From an uncultured Candidatus Saccharibacteria bacterium (GTDB taxonomy: Bacteria; Patescibacteriota; Doudnabacteria; UBA920), in assembly GCA_964416765.1 (NCBI GenBank), contig CAYQEU010000001.1, positions 340,480 through 404,479 on the forward strand: a stretch of DNA of 64,000 nt. Reading direction: 5' to 3'. Shown piece by piece: positions 48,573-58,329 of the stretch. Numbering within the stretch: position 1 is the first letter of the stretch; each line of letters begins with the position of its first letter. Under the pieces are notes generated by a model. The model did no database searches. It was given only the letters and a program-made list of their open reading frames with translations, and had not been told where the DNA came from. Made by a program: the position numbers and the translations under genes.

Positions 48573-49106
48573 ATGCTGAAATTTATCACGGGAAATAACG
48601 ATAAAGTTAATGAGTTTCGGGGAATCCTCCCGGAAATTGAAATTGAGCAGCTCAGCATAGATATACCGGAGATACAAAGCATGGATCCCAAAGAAATAAT
48701 TTTGGGAAAGCTTGATTTTGCCTCTAAACATTATGAAGGTGCTTTTGTAGTTGAAGACGTATCTCTGGGGTTTGAAGCTCTGAATGGATTTCCTGGGCCG
48801 CTCATAAAGTGGCTGGAAAAAAGCGTAAGCTTGGAAGACCTAGCCCGCTTAGCCAATTCCCTGGGCAATAACAGGGCTGAGCACAAAATTACATATGGGC
48901 TTTCCTTGCCCGGCCAGCCGGTAAAGTTTTTTGAAGGTATTACTTTGGGTCAAATTGTGAGCCCACGAGGAACGGGAGATTTCGGATGGGGTCCCACTTT
49001 TATTCCCGATGGCAGCGACCAGACTTACGGCGAAATGGGTCCCGAAGGCAAATACCAATACAGTCCGCGCAAAAAAGCTTTAGAATTACTAAAACAGCAC
49101 TTATGA
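48573..49106 (+). CDS. Non-canonical purine NTP pyrophosphatase (HAM1/RdgB)
   Basis: TGNNDK, ED, FPGP, FGW, SPR. Confidence 0.9.
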   Translation: MLKFITGNNDKVNEFRGILPEIEIEQLSIDIPEIQSMDPKEIILGKLDFASKHYEGAFVVEDVSLGFEALNGFPGPLIKWLEKSVSLEDLARLANSLGNNRAEHKITYGLSLPGQPVKFFEGITLGQIVSPRGTGDFGWGPTFIPDGSDQTYGEMGPEGKYQYSPRKKALELLKQHL

Positions 49107-49753
49107 AGATAACTAAGTATGGTCATGCCTGCCTTTTAGTAGAAGAAGGTGGCAAAAAACTTTTGATCGATCCTGGCTCATATACTTTTGATAGAGATGT
49201 TACTCCAAAATTAGTGGGGCCGGTTGACGTCATTGTTATTACCCACCACCACGCGGACCATATGGATGCCGGAGCGATAAAACAGTTTTTGAACATGCAC
49301 CCGGCGGTAGTCATTGGCAGCCAACAAATTAGGCATGATTTAGAGACCGAAGGAATTGAGGCAGTAACATTGGAGCCCGGATCACAACAAGTTGCCGGAT
49401 TTACCGTGGAAGCATTGGAAGCGATTCATGAGCTAATTCCTGGACCCACTCCAGAAAACTATGCCTATTTAATAAATGACATTTTGCTTCACCCAGGTGA
49501 TTCATACGATATTTCCCATTTGCCGCAGGGAATTAAAGTGTTAGCTCTTCCAACACAGGGTCCCTGGGCAAAAGCGGTGGAATCGATCGAAATGGCGGCT
49601 AAGTTAAAGCCGGAATATGTAATTCCAATTCATAACGCTATATACAAAGACGCCATTGGAGAGAAGTTTGACGACCGAATTGCTACGGCCAATGAACAGT
49701 CTGGAACGCATGCTAAGCTACTCAAGATTGGCGAGTCATGGGAGCTAAGTTAA
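49103..49753 (+). CDS. MBL-fold metallo-hydrolase
   Basis: GHAC, IDPG, THHHADH, HPGD, PIH. Confidence 0.88.
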   Translation: MKITKYGHACLLVEEGGKKLLIDPGSYTFDRDVTPKLVGPVDVIVITHHHADHMDAGAIKQFLNMHPAVVIGSQQIRHDLETEGIEAVTLEPGSQQVAGFTVEALEAIHELIPGPTPENYAYLINDILLHPGDSYDISHLPQGIKVLALPTQGPWAKAVESIEMAAKLKPEYVIPIHNAIYKDAIGEKFDDRIATANEQSGTHAKLLKIGESWELS

Positions 49754-50316
49754 ACAGGGCTAAGAAGCAAGCACTGTTGGACGAGGTTGCCGAAACAATC
49801 CGCCAATGCAGAATTTGCAAACGCGGCAAGATCGGCGTTGCCGTACCCGGTGAGGGTAACCCCGACGCTAATATAGTATTCCTCGGTGAAGCGCCCGGTA
49901 AGAAAGAGGCTCAAACCGGACGGCCGTTCATCGGTCCAGCGGGTAAACTGTTGCGGCAACTCCTGGACTCCATCGGGCTTGATGCCGCGGACGCTTTTAT
50001 AACCAGCCCGGTCAAATATCTGCCCGAATACGTAACTCCGACCTTGGACGACATTGAACATGGGTCAGTTCACCTTAACCGGCAGCTGGATATTATCCAC
50101 CCCAAAGTGATTGTTTTAATGGGCAATACGGCGGCTCTGGCTATGCTTCACCGTAAGTATTCAATCGCCAAAGATCATGGTAAAATAATCAAACAAGACG
50201 GCAGGACATATTTCCTCGGTTACCACCCCGCGGCTCCGCTATACTCGCCAAGCTTGCGGGAAGTACTACGGAAAGATTTCCGAAAGTTGAAACGAATAAT
50301 TAACACGCACAAGTAG
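49738..50316 (+). CDS. Uracil-DNA glycosylase, family 4-like
   Basis: GEAPGKKE, GRPFIG, YHPAA. Confidence 0.88.
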   Translation: MGAKLNRAKKQALLDEVAETIRQCRICKRGKIGVAVPGEGNPDANIVFLGEAPGKKEAQTGRPFIGPAGKLLRQLLDSIGLDAADAFITSPVKYLPEYVTPTLDDIEHGSVHLNRQLDIIHPKVIVLMGNTAALAMLHRKYSIAKDHGKIIKQDGRTYFLGYHPAAPLYSPSLREVLRKDFRKLKRIINTHK

Positions 50317-50327
50317 AAAGGAAAACA

Positions 50328-50639
50328 GTGAAAGACTTCCAAAGAAAAGAACCGACCAAAAACGAAAAAATGTTGTTTGAAGTGGCAATGCACCAGCAAA
50401 TGCTGGAACGCAACCTAGCGACCAATTCAGCTTTCATCGCCGCAGTGGCCTTAATGCAGGACATCGATCCCAAAAAAGTAGCTCAGTTCCTCACCACTGA
50501 CCACGCTAAAATCAAAGATTACAGCGATAAGATTAACGAGTCTATTGCCGAAATTGAAAAAGCTGAGAAAGCCCAGGCAGAACAAAATAAAACCCAAACC
50601 GACGACGGCGCAAAGCCAGAAAGCACAAATAATGCCTAA
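50328..50639 (+). CDS. Hypothetical protein
   Basis: GTG start after an AAGG SD-like sequence; fills the gap in the operon. Confidence 0.65.
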   Translation: MKDFQRKEPTKNEKMLFEVAMHQQMLERNLATNSAFIAAVALMQDIDPKKVAQFLTTDHAKIKDYSDKINESIAEIEKAEKAQAEQNKTQTDDGAKPESTNNA

Positions 50640-53205
50640 AACAAACAAGGAAGCACAATCTGTCCGTTTACCCAACCACGTTAAGCCAGAACATTACTGG
50701 CTTTCTTTGGTGCCTGATTTCAACAAGTTTACTTTTTCAGGTGAAGAAATCATTACCTTAGAGTTAACCAAGCCGGAATCAACTATTCAGCTGCACGCCA
50801 AAGAGTTAAAAATTTCAGAGGCTTTTATAACAGATGGAGATTCACAGTGGTCCGCCAGAGTAACTCTTGACCAGGAAAATGAACAAGCTTCTTTTGAGTT
50901 TGAAAGCCAGCTAAAAAAAGGAACTTATAACCTCAACTTAAAATTTTCTGGCGCGCTCACTGACAACATGCGCGGCTTTTACCGCAGCCAATTCCAGGTT
51001 AAGGGCAAAATGGGATACATGGCCGTGACCCAGTTTGAACCAACGGATGCGAGACGAGCTTTCCCATGTTTTGATGAACCCGCTCAAAAGGCTACCTTCA
51101 CCGTTGAACTTACCGTACCGCCGGGAATGGAAGCGATTTCTAATACCGTAGTCACGAACAAAACCAGAACAAAAAACGGTTGGCAAAAAATTCAGTTTGC
51201 GCCGACCCCGAAAATGTCGACATATCTACTGGCTTTCATTATTGGAAAGTTTGAATTCATTGAAGACTTAACCGAGGATGGGGTGACCGTGAGGGTTTAC
51301 GTTACGCCCGGCAAAAAGTCCCAGGCCAAGTTCGCCCTTGAAGCGGGCAAGCAGATCCTCACATTTTATAACCGGTACTTTAAAATAAAATACCCTCTGC
51401 CGACCATGGACATGATCGCGGTCCCTGATTTTGCCGCCGGCGCCATGGAAAATTGGGGAGCCGTAACCTACCGCGAAACGGCGATTCTGGTGGACCCCAA
51501 AAATTCATCTACCCTAAGCAAACAATGGGTCGCTCTAGTCATCGCCCATGAATTGGCCCACCAATGGTTCGGGAACCTTGTTACCATGGAATGGTGGACC
51601 CATCTTTGGCTGAATGAGGGGTTTGCTTCCTATATTTCTTACCTGGCCGTCGACGACGCGTTCCCGGAGTGGAATATGTGGAGCCAGTTCATGAACGCCG
51701 AGTTGGGGCCTGCGTTGGAATTAGATAGCTTAAAGAATACCCATCCAATTCAGGTTGAAGTGCACCACCCCAATGAAATAAATGAAATTTTTGATGAAGT
51801 CAGCTATGCCAAAGGTGCCAGTGTCTTGCGCATGCTCGCATCGTATTTGGGACCTGTAAAGTTCCGCGACGGCTTACGGCACTACCTAAAGACGTATCAA
51901 TACTCCAATGCCCGAACCGAGGACTTATGGCGTTCTTTGGAAATAGTTTCGCGGAAGCCAGTGCGCAAAGTTATGCAAAACTGGACCGCTGAACCGGGAT
52001 ACCCTCTCGTAACGGTGTCAGAATCGGGTGCCAGGCTGAAACTATCCCAGAAGCGTTTCTACGGCGACCATAAAGAAAACAAAAAGCCAAACCGAACCGC
52101 GTGGTCGATTCCAGTTAGTGTTGGGGACAATAAAGTTAAGAAGCAGGTGTTATTCGACCGCAAAAGCTCCGCTTTAAGTAAGCCATCGGGCAGCTATACC
52201 AAGATTAATGTCGGTGAAACCGCCGTATTCCGCACAATGTACAGCGCGGGGCTGCTAAACCGCATGCTGCCCGCCATACGGGAACAAAAGATGCCCACAC
52301 CGGACCGCCTAGGAATAATCCGCGACAGCCTCGCTTTGGCCCGGGGCGGACAAATGCCCACCGATAAAGTGTTGGACATTCTTTCCAATTATTCTAACGA
52401 GACCAAGTACACAGTTTGGGTCGAAATGGGGATCACGCTGGGGATGGCAAACCGACTGTTTCGTAATGAAAAGTTTAATCCGCAACTGCGCAAATTCATC
52501 TGCAGCGTGTACGCACCGATGGCCGAAAGTATTGGGTGGGAACCCAAACCCAAAGAAAGCCACAGCCAGGGACTGCTGCGCGGTTTCATCCTCCAGCGCG
52601 CCGGTCAGTATGGGCATAAACCGACTGTTGAACGCGCCCAAAGATTATTCACCGACTATGTTACTAAAAAGACCGTAATACCGGCCGATCTCCGCAGTGT
52701 CGTGTATAACACGGTAGCTGAGCACGGAACGGAAAAAGATTTCAACCAGATCATGTCACTTTATCGCAAAGAGACACTGCAGGAAGAAAAAAACCGATTG
52801 GCTCGTGCCTTAGCCCTTTTCCCAAACGAAAAGTTGCTCAAGCGCTTCCTAAACTTTGCCTTATCCAAAGACGTAAGGCCCCAGGACGCGCCGCTCTTAA
52901 TCATTTCCGCCTGGACTAATCGCGCCGCCAAACAGCATGTTTGGAAATTTATTACCGCCAATTGGGCCAAAATCGTAAAACGATATGGAGAAGGCGGGCA
53001 TCTTTTGGTTAGGTTTATTGATCCGGCATCGAACTTTACCACCGAAAAGGAAGCCAAGATGGTAGCGGACTTTTTCCGCAAGCATCCCGCCCCGGGAGGG
53101 GAGAGGACCGTTCGCCAAACAGTCGAAGAAATCCGCATCCAGGCGGCCTGGGCCAACCGGGACCGGCAAAAAGTCCAAAAATTCCTGGGGAAACTGAGGG
53201 TTTAG
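50632..53205 (+). CDS. pepN: M1 family aminopeptidase with ERAP1-like C-terminal domain
   Basis: TQFEPTDARRAFPCFDEP, GAMEN, HELAH-x18-E. Confidence 0.93.
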   Translation: MPKTNKEAQSVRLPNHVKPEHYWLSLVPDFNKFTFSGEEIITLELTKPESTIQLHAKELKISEAFITDGDSQWSARVTLDQENEQASFEFESQLKKGTYNLNLKFSGALTDNMRGFYRSQFQVKGKMGYMAVTQFEPTDARRAFPCFDEPAQKATFTVELTVPPGMEAISNTVVTNKTRTKNGWQKIQFAPTPKMSTYLLAFIIGKFEFIEDLTEDGVTVRVYVTPGKKSQAKFALEAGKQILTFYNRYFKIKYPLPTMDMIAVPDFAAGAMENWGAVTYRETAILVDPKNSSTLSKQWVALVIAHELAHQWFGNLVTMEWWTHLWLNEGFASYISYLAVDDAFPEWNMWSQFMNAELGPALELDSLKNTHPIQVEVHHPNEINEIFDEVSYAKGASVLRMLASYLGPVKFRDGLRHYLKTYQYSNARTEDLWRSLEIVSRKPVRKVMQNWTAEPGYPLVTVSESGARLKLSQKRFYGDHKENKKPNRTAWSIPVSVGDNKVKKQVLFDRKSSALSKPSGSYTKINVGETAVFRTMYSAGLLNRMLPAIREQKMPTPDRLGIIRDSLALARGGQMPTDKVLDILSNYSNETKYTVWVEMGITLGMANRLFRNEKFNPQLRKFICSVYAPMAESIGWEPKPKESHSQGLLRGFILQRAGQYGHKPTVERAQRLFTDYVTKKTVIPADLRSVVYNTVAEHGTEKDFNQIMSLYRKETLQEEKNRLARALALFPNEKLLKRFLNFALSKDVRPQDAPLLIISAWTNRAAKQHVWKFITANWAKIVKRYGEGGHLLVRFIDPASNFTTEKEAKMVADFFRKHPAPGGERTVRQTVEEIRIQAAWANRDRQKVQKFLGKLRV

Positions 53206-53210
53206 TCTCC

Positions 53211-53239
53211 TTGGCAAAAATGCCAAAAGCCCTTATAAT
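53211..53239 (+). promoter_or_regulatory. secDF promoter
   Basis: TTGGCA, 17 bp, TATAAT. Confidence 0.7.
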
Positions 53240-53272
53240 TTCATAGTATATTAACTTAATCCATAGGAATTC

Positions 53273-54775
53273 ATGAGACCACTTTATAGGAACCTGATCT
53301 CCCTAGTTTTCATACTTCTTTTGGCTGCCGGAGCGGCTTGGATAGTCTGGCCCGGCGGTAGCCGCATTAACCTCAGCAAGAATGACGGTCCTCTCCACCA
53401 GACCTTCACCACTCACTTAGGCTTAGACCTCCAGGGCGGGTCCTATTTGGTATACCAGGCTGACTTTAAGGATATTCCTAAGGAACAGCAACGGGACGCT
53501 TTAAACGCGGCGCGCGACACCGTAGAACGCCGGGTGAATGCTTTTGGCGTTTCTGAACCCGTAGTACAGATCCAGGGCCAAAACAAATTGGTAGTAGAAC
53601 TCCCCGGCATCAAAAACATTGATGACGCGATTAACCAGATTGGCCAAACCCCATTTGTGGAATTCCGCCTTGAAGACCCGTCAGCCGCGCAAAACCTAAC
53701 CCCTGATGCCAACGGCCAAATCTCGGTCGATCCTGATTCTATTTACAAGCCCACCGGTCTTTCCGGCAAGCACTTGAAGCGCGCAACCGCTGACTTCCAA
53801 TCTTCCGGCAGCGGTCGCAGCCTGACCAACCAACCAATCGTACGCTTGGAATTCAACGATGAAGGGAAAAAGCTGTTCTCCGACATCACCACTCAGAACG
53901 TTAACAAAAAATTGGCTATGTTTCTTGATGGCCAAGTCATTTCCGACCCGGTAATCCAGCAGCCTATTACTGATGGCGTGGCTATCATTTCCGGGAACTT
54001 TAGCGTGCAGGACGCTCAAGGTTTAGCCACACGGCTCAATTCCGGTGCCTTGCCAGTCCCAATCAAACTGGTTTCCCAACAGAACGTTGGAGCGACATTA
54101 GGTCAGGACTCCATTCATAAGTCCATCATCGCCGGTATTATCGGCTTGCTTTTGATCGCATTGTTTATGATTATTTACTACCGCCTTCCTGGCCTCATGG
54201 CTGTGCTGGCCCTTGCCATTTATGCTTTGCTGTCCTTCGCCATCTTTAAGATTGGTATTTCTATCTTGGCGGTAATCCTGGTCGGCATATTCTTCTTCAT
54301 TGGTTTAACTGTTTCGGGATGGTTCGGCCTGCTTGCCCTGGTAAGCTACCTCTTGTTGATTTTGCTTCGCGGCCTGTCCCCGGTAACCTTAACCTTGGCA
54401 GGTATCGCCGGTTTCATCCTTTCCATTGGTATGGCGGTAGACGCAAACATCCTTATTTTCGAACGCTTTAAAGAAGAAGTCCGCGCCGGAAAGGCCGTGG
54501 GCAAAGCCCTTGAAGATGGGTTTGACCGAGCCTGGAACTCAATCCGCGACTCAAACGTTTCTAGCTTAATTACTGTGGCCATCCTGTATTTCTTCGGCAC
54601 TCCCGCCATCAAAGGATTCGCCATTACCCTTGGTATCGGTATTTTGATCTCAATGTTCACCGCCATTACAATCTCCCGCACATTCCTGCGGCTGCTTGTC
54701 ACGGGTTCATGGCTCTCGCGCCATAACTGGCTGTTCGGGGCGAGTAAGAAGGAAGTAACAGAAAAGGGGATATAA
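53273..54775 (+). CDS. secD: Protein translocase subunit SecD
   Basis: LGLDLQGG, GVSEP, GMAVDANILIFER. Confidence 0.96.
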   Translation: MRPLYRNLISLVFILLLAAGAAWIVWPGGSRINLSKNDGPLHQTFTTHLGLDLQGGSYLVYQADFKDIPKEQQRDALNAARDTVERRVNAFGVSEPVVQIQGQNKLVVELPGIKNIDDAINQIGQTPFVEFRLEDPSAAQNLTPDANGQISVDPDSIYKPTGLSGKHLKRATADFQSSGSGRSLTNQPIVRLEFNDEGKKLFSDITTQNVNKKLAMFLDGQVISDPVIQQPITDGVAIISGNFSVQDAQGLATRLNSGALPVPIKLVSQQNVGATLGQDSIHKSIIAGIIGLLLIALFMIIYYRLPGLMAVLALAIYALLSFAIFKIGISILAVILVGIFFFIGLTVSGWFGLLALVSYLLLILLRGLSPVTLTLAGIAGFILSIGMAVDANILIFERFKEEVRAGKAVGKALEDGFDRAWNSIRDSNVSSLITVAILYFFGTPAIKGFAITLGIGILISMFTAITISRTFLRLLVTGSWLSRHNWLFGASKKEVTEKGI

Positions 54776-54779
54776 AACA

Positions 54780-55670
54780 ATGAAACTGATTCAATACTAC
54801 AAATACTTATTCGCTCTTTCCGGCGTCATCCTTATCCTGGGAATTATTTCCCTGGCCGTGTATGGCCTGAAGCTTGGCATCGACTTTAAGGGCGGAACTA
54901 TCGCCCAACTGCAGTTTGAACAAGCCGTTGACCTGGGGAAAGTCAAAGATGTCGTTGCCTCTCAGGGGGTCAAAGATGTCACCGTACAGAATAGCGGCAC
55001 TAACGGAGTTATTATCCGCACCGAAGCCATTGAAAAAGACCAGCACGATAAGGTTAATGAAGCCCTAAAAACCCAGATCGGCAACTTCCAGGAAACCGAA
55101 TATGACTCTATTGGGCCGGTCATTGGCCAGGAGCTCAAGCAAAAAGCTCTATACCAGCTGATTTTGGTCTCTATTGGTATTATTTTCTACATTGCCTATG
55201 CTTTCCGCCGGGTTGCTCGTCCAATTACCCCTTGGCAGTTTGGTATTGCCGCGGTTATCGCTTTGCTCCATGACTTACTCATCGTTCTTGGGATCTTTTC
55301 GTTCTTGGGACATTACCACGGCATAGAAATTGATAGCTTGTTTGTTACCGCCATGCTTACCGTGCTTGGCTTCTCGGTTCACGATACTATTGTTGTTTTT
55401 GACCGTATCCGCGAAAACCTCAAGATCTACGCGGGGCAGAGCATTGACTTCGTGGTTAACCACAGCATTTCGCAGACTTTAGTTCGTTCCCTTAACACCA
55501 GCCTCACCGTACTGTTCGTTTTGTTGGCTCTGTTATTGTTTGGCGGCGTAACTATAAGGAATTTTGTTCTCGCGCTGTTTGTCGGTGTAATTACCGGAAC
55601 ATATTCTTCCATCTTTGTGGCCAGCCCGATTCTTTTGCTGTGGCAAAGACGACGCCAAAAGAAATCTTAA
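54780..55670 (+). CDS. secF: Protein translocase subunit SecF
   Basis: GIDFKGG, HD, GFSVHDTIVVFDRIREN, GTYSS. Confidence 0.96.
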   Translation: MKLIQYYKYLFALSGVILILGIISLAVYGLKLGIDFKGGTIAQLQFEQAVDLGKVKDVVASQGVKDVTVQNSGTNGVIIRTEAIEKDQHDKVNEALKTQIGNFQETEYDSIGPVIGQELKQKALYQLILVSIGIIFYIAYAFRRVARPITPWQFGIAAVIALLHDLLIVLGIFSFLGHYHGIEIDSLFVTAMLTVLGFSVHDTIVVFDRIRENLKIYAGQSIDFVVNHSISQTLVRSLNTSLTVLFVLLALLLFGGVTIRNFVLALFVGVITGTYSSIFVASPILLLWQRRRQKKS

Positions 55671-55772
55671 GGCAAACATAGCACCACATTTAATTTAGCC
55701 CGTCAAACTATAATTCTGGCACAGAAACCTCCCTTGTTTAAGGGGGGTTTTCTTAATTAAAACATAAATCTA

Positions 55773-55801
55773 TTGACAGAGATATGGTTTTATGATATAA
55801 T
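55773..55801 (+). promoter_or_regulatory. Consensus sigma70 promoter
   Basis: TTGACA, 17 bp, TATAAT with extended TG. Confidence 0.8.
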
Positions 55802-55850
55802 TAGGCCAACGTTTTGAAGACGTATCTATTCCTAAAGTAATCCCACCGTT

Positions 55851-56936
55851 ATGGGGATCTTAGACACAATCATCACAACCAACCAACAAGAGTCCTTACA
55901 GCAATTTGAATTGGGCTTAATTGTCAGCAAAATTATTGAACCGTTACGCGAACGCGAGCAAGCGATTTTAAAACAGCGTTACGGACTTCATGGACACAAG
56001 ATCGAAACCCTCAAAACAGTAGGGGAAGAACAGGGTTTAACACGCGAACGTGTTCGTCAGATTGAAAAAGAACTTTTAAAGAACTTAAAGCGCGGTGTCC
56101 AGGAGCTGGAAGCTTTTGTAACTGCCCGTGACCTATTACTTACCACCATTTCTGAACACGGCGGTATTATGGCTGAGCACCGTTTAATGAAGCACCTTGG
56201 CGCTGAAGACGAAACCGACGTAAACGCCTTGCGTTTCCTGTTAAATTTAATAGTAGAACTTGAACTCCACAACGAAGACAAGCATATCCGCCATTCCTGG
56301 TCTAAACTTGGCTTTGACAAGAAGTTTTTGACCGAATTTATAGTGGAAACCAAGAAAATCCTGTCTGCCCACGGCAAGCCGGTCAGCGAAAAGGAATTTT
56401 TGGATAAGTTTATGGAATCCGAATTCTACAAGCAGAACAAGGAAGCTTTGCCTGAGCACGTCATGATGAACTACATCCACACGGCGACCGGCGTCCATAA
56501 GAACTCCTTTGGCGAGTTTGGGCTCCAGGGCTGGAGCGAAATCAAGCCCAAGGACGTTGGTGACAAGGCTTATTTGGTCATGAAGCACCACGGCAAACCC
56601 GAACATTACTCTGTTATTACCGATTTGATCAACAAGCACGCTTTGGACAAGCGCACCGCTTACAAGGAAACCGTGCACAACAAGCTTATTAAGGACAGCC
56701 GTTTCGTTTTGGTGGGCCGCGGCATTTACGCTTTAACCGAATGGGGTTACAAGCCTGGTGTGGTGTCTGATATACTGACAGAGGTGATGAAAGAAGCCCA
56801 GCACCCCATGAGCCGTGATGAAATTATTGATGAAGTCATGAAGCGCCGCATGGTAAAGAAAAATACCATCCTCGTCGGCCTTTCTAACCGAAAATTATTT
56901 AAAAAAGTAGGCAAGAACTTATACGATTTGGCCTAA
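55851..56936 (+). CDS. Sigma-70 region-4 / winged-HTH (HARE-HTH, delta-like) fusion protein
   Basis: N-terminal REQAILKQRYGL...LTRERVRQIE; C-terminal FVLVGRGIYALTEW. Confidence 0.8.
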   Translation: MGILDTIITTNQQESLQQFELGLIVSKIIEPLREREQAILKQRYGLHGHKIETLKTVGEEQGLTRERVRQIEKELLKNLKRGVQELEAFVTARDLLLTTISEHGGIMAEHRLMKHLGAEDETDVNALRFLLNLIVELELHNEDKHIRHSWSKLGFDKKFLTEFIVETKKILSAHGKPVSEKEFLDKFMESEFYKQNKEALPEHVMMNYIHTATGVHKNSFGEFGLQGWSEIKPKDVGDKAYLVMKHHGKPEHYSVITDLINKHALDKRTAYKETVHNKLIKDSRFVLVGRGIYALTEWGYKPGVVSDILTEVMKEAQHPMSRDEIIDEVMKRRMVKKNTILVGLSNRKLFKKVGKNLYDLA

Positions 56937-56965
56937 TCTAAGGCAAGGCTGAAACTAAAACAAAA

Positions 56966-58309
56966 ATGAGCTTACTACCAGAACTCTTTCCTCAACTTGG
57001 CCCAGCCTTGGTAGGTTTTTGGGTGTTTTTCAAAGATGGTGGCTTCTTGATATTTATCATTTTAGCCGTCTTTTTGCTGTACCAGTACTACATGATCACC
57101 ATCATTGGGCACTGGAAGTCCAACTTGAAATGGGTTTACATCAACGTCAAAATGCCCAGGGAAAACCTAACTTCACTTTTGGCGGTTGAGCAGATCTACT
57201 CCCAGCTCCACGCCGCCCACCGCAGTATGACCATGGCGGAAAAGTATATTGAAGGGCGCGTCCAGCTGTGGTACTCATTCGAAATTATTTCCTTCGGCGG
57301 GAAAATCAATTATATAGTGCGCGTGCCCGAAAAATTCCGTGATACCGCCGAAGCCGCTTTTTACGCTGTCTATCCCGAAGCTGAAATTACCCAGGTCAAC
57401 GATTACCTGGAGAATTTTGAGTTTCACCCGGGACATAGCGACTATGAAATCTTTGGCACTGAGCTTAAAATGCGTACCTCCGATGTTTTGCCCATCAAAA
57501 CTTACCGGGACTTGGAGCACCCAACGGCGGAGGTAAAAATCGTTGACCCGACCGCGCCGCTAATTGAAGCGTTAACGAAAATTGACCCGGATGAGTTTTT
57601 GGGTGTGCAGATTATTGCCCAGCCATTGGCTGACAATGAATGGCAGGATAAAGCCAAGAATAAAGCCAAAGAACTGCTCGGCGAACATGTGGACCACCAC
57701 GAAAGCATATTGACCAAGGTGTTTAACTTTTTTGCAATATTTGCCCCGCATAATGTATTCAAGGCATTCTTCGGTATTGGCGGCGGAGGCCATGATGACC
57801 ATGGCGGCCATAAGGACGCCGGCGCGCCGAAAAACAACTTATTGCAAATGACCGAAGTGGAAAAAGACCAGGTTAATGCCATCCAGACCAAGGCCAGCAA
57901 ACCCGGTTACCTTTGCAAAATCCGGTACATGTATCTTTCTCCCAAGGAGAAATTTGACCGGTCCAAGCGCGTTGCTTTGATCGGGGCGTTCCGTACTTTA
58001 AGTGACGCCAACAAGAATGGTCTTAAGCCCGATTCGAAACTGGTGTCTACCCGTGTTAAGTACCGTATTTCGAAAACATTGGAAGGTCCATATATCCAGC
58101 ATCTTTCGGATTTCAGAAAACACCACTTCTTTGAGGGCTGGAAAAGCCGTAGCTACTATATTGGCATGCCTCAATTCATCTTAAACACTGAAGAACTAGC
58201 CACTTTATTCCATTTGCCTTTGACCGATATTCCACAGGCCGCTGATGTCGCCAAAATTGAAAGCAAGAAGTCCCAGGCGCCGGCGAACCTTCCTACCGGA
58301 ACATTCTAA
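56966..58309 (+). CDS. Hypothetical membrane protein associated with a VirD4-like ATPase
   Basis: N-terminal TM; SFEI, YPEAEI, LNTEELATLFHLP motifs. Confidence 0.75.
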   Translation: MSLLPELFPQLGPALVGFWVFFKDGGFLIFIILAVFLLYQYYMITIIGHWKSNLKWVYINVKMPRENLTSLLAVEQIYSQLHAAHRSMTMAEKYIEGRVQLWYSFEIISFGGKINYIVRVPEKFRDTAEAAFYAVYPEAEITQVNDYLENFEFHPGHSDYEIFGTELKMRTSDVLPIKTYRDLEHPTAEVKIVDPTAPLIEALTKIDPDEFLGVQIIAQPLADNEWQDKAKNKAKELLGEHVDHHESILTKVFNFFAIFAPHNVFKAFFGIGGGGHDDHGGHKDAGAPKNNLLQMTEVEKDQVNAIQTKASKPGYLCKIRYMYLSPKEKFDRSKRVALIGAFRTLSDANKNGLKPDSKLVSTRVKYRISKTLEGPYIQHLSDFRKHHFFEGWKSRSYYIGMPQFILNTEELATLFHLPLTDIPQAADVAKIESKKSQAPANLPTGTF

Positions 58310-58329
58310 CTACCTGTATACTGAAATAA

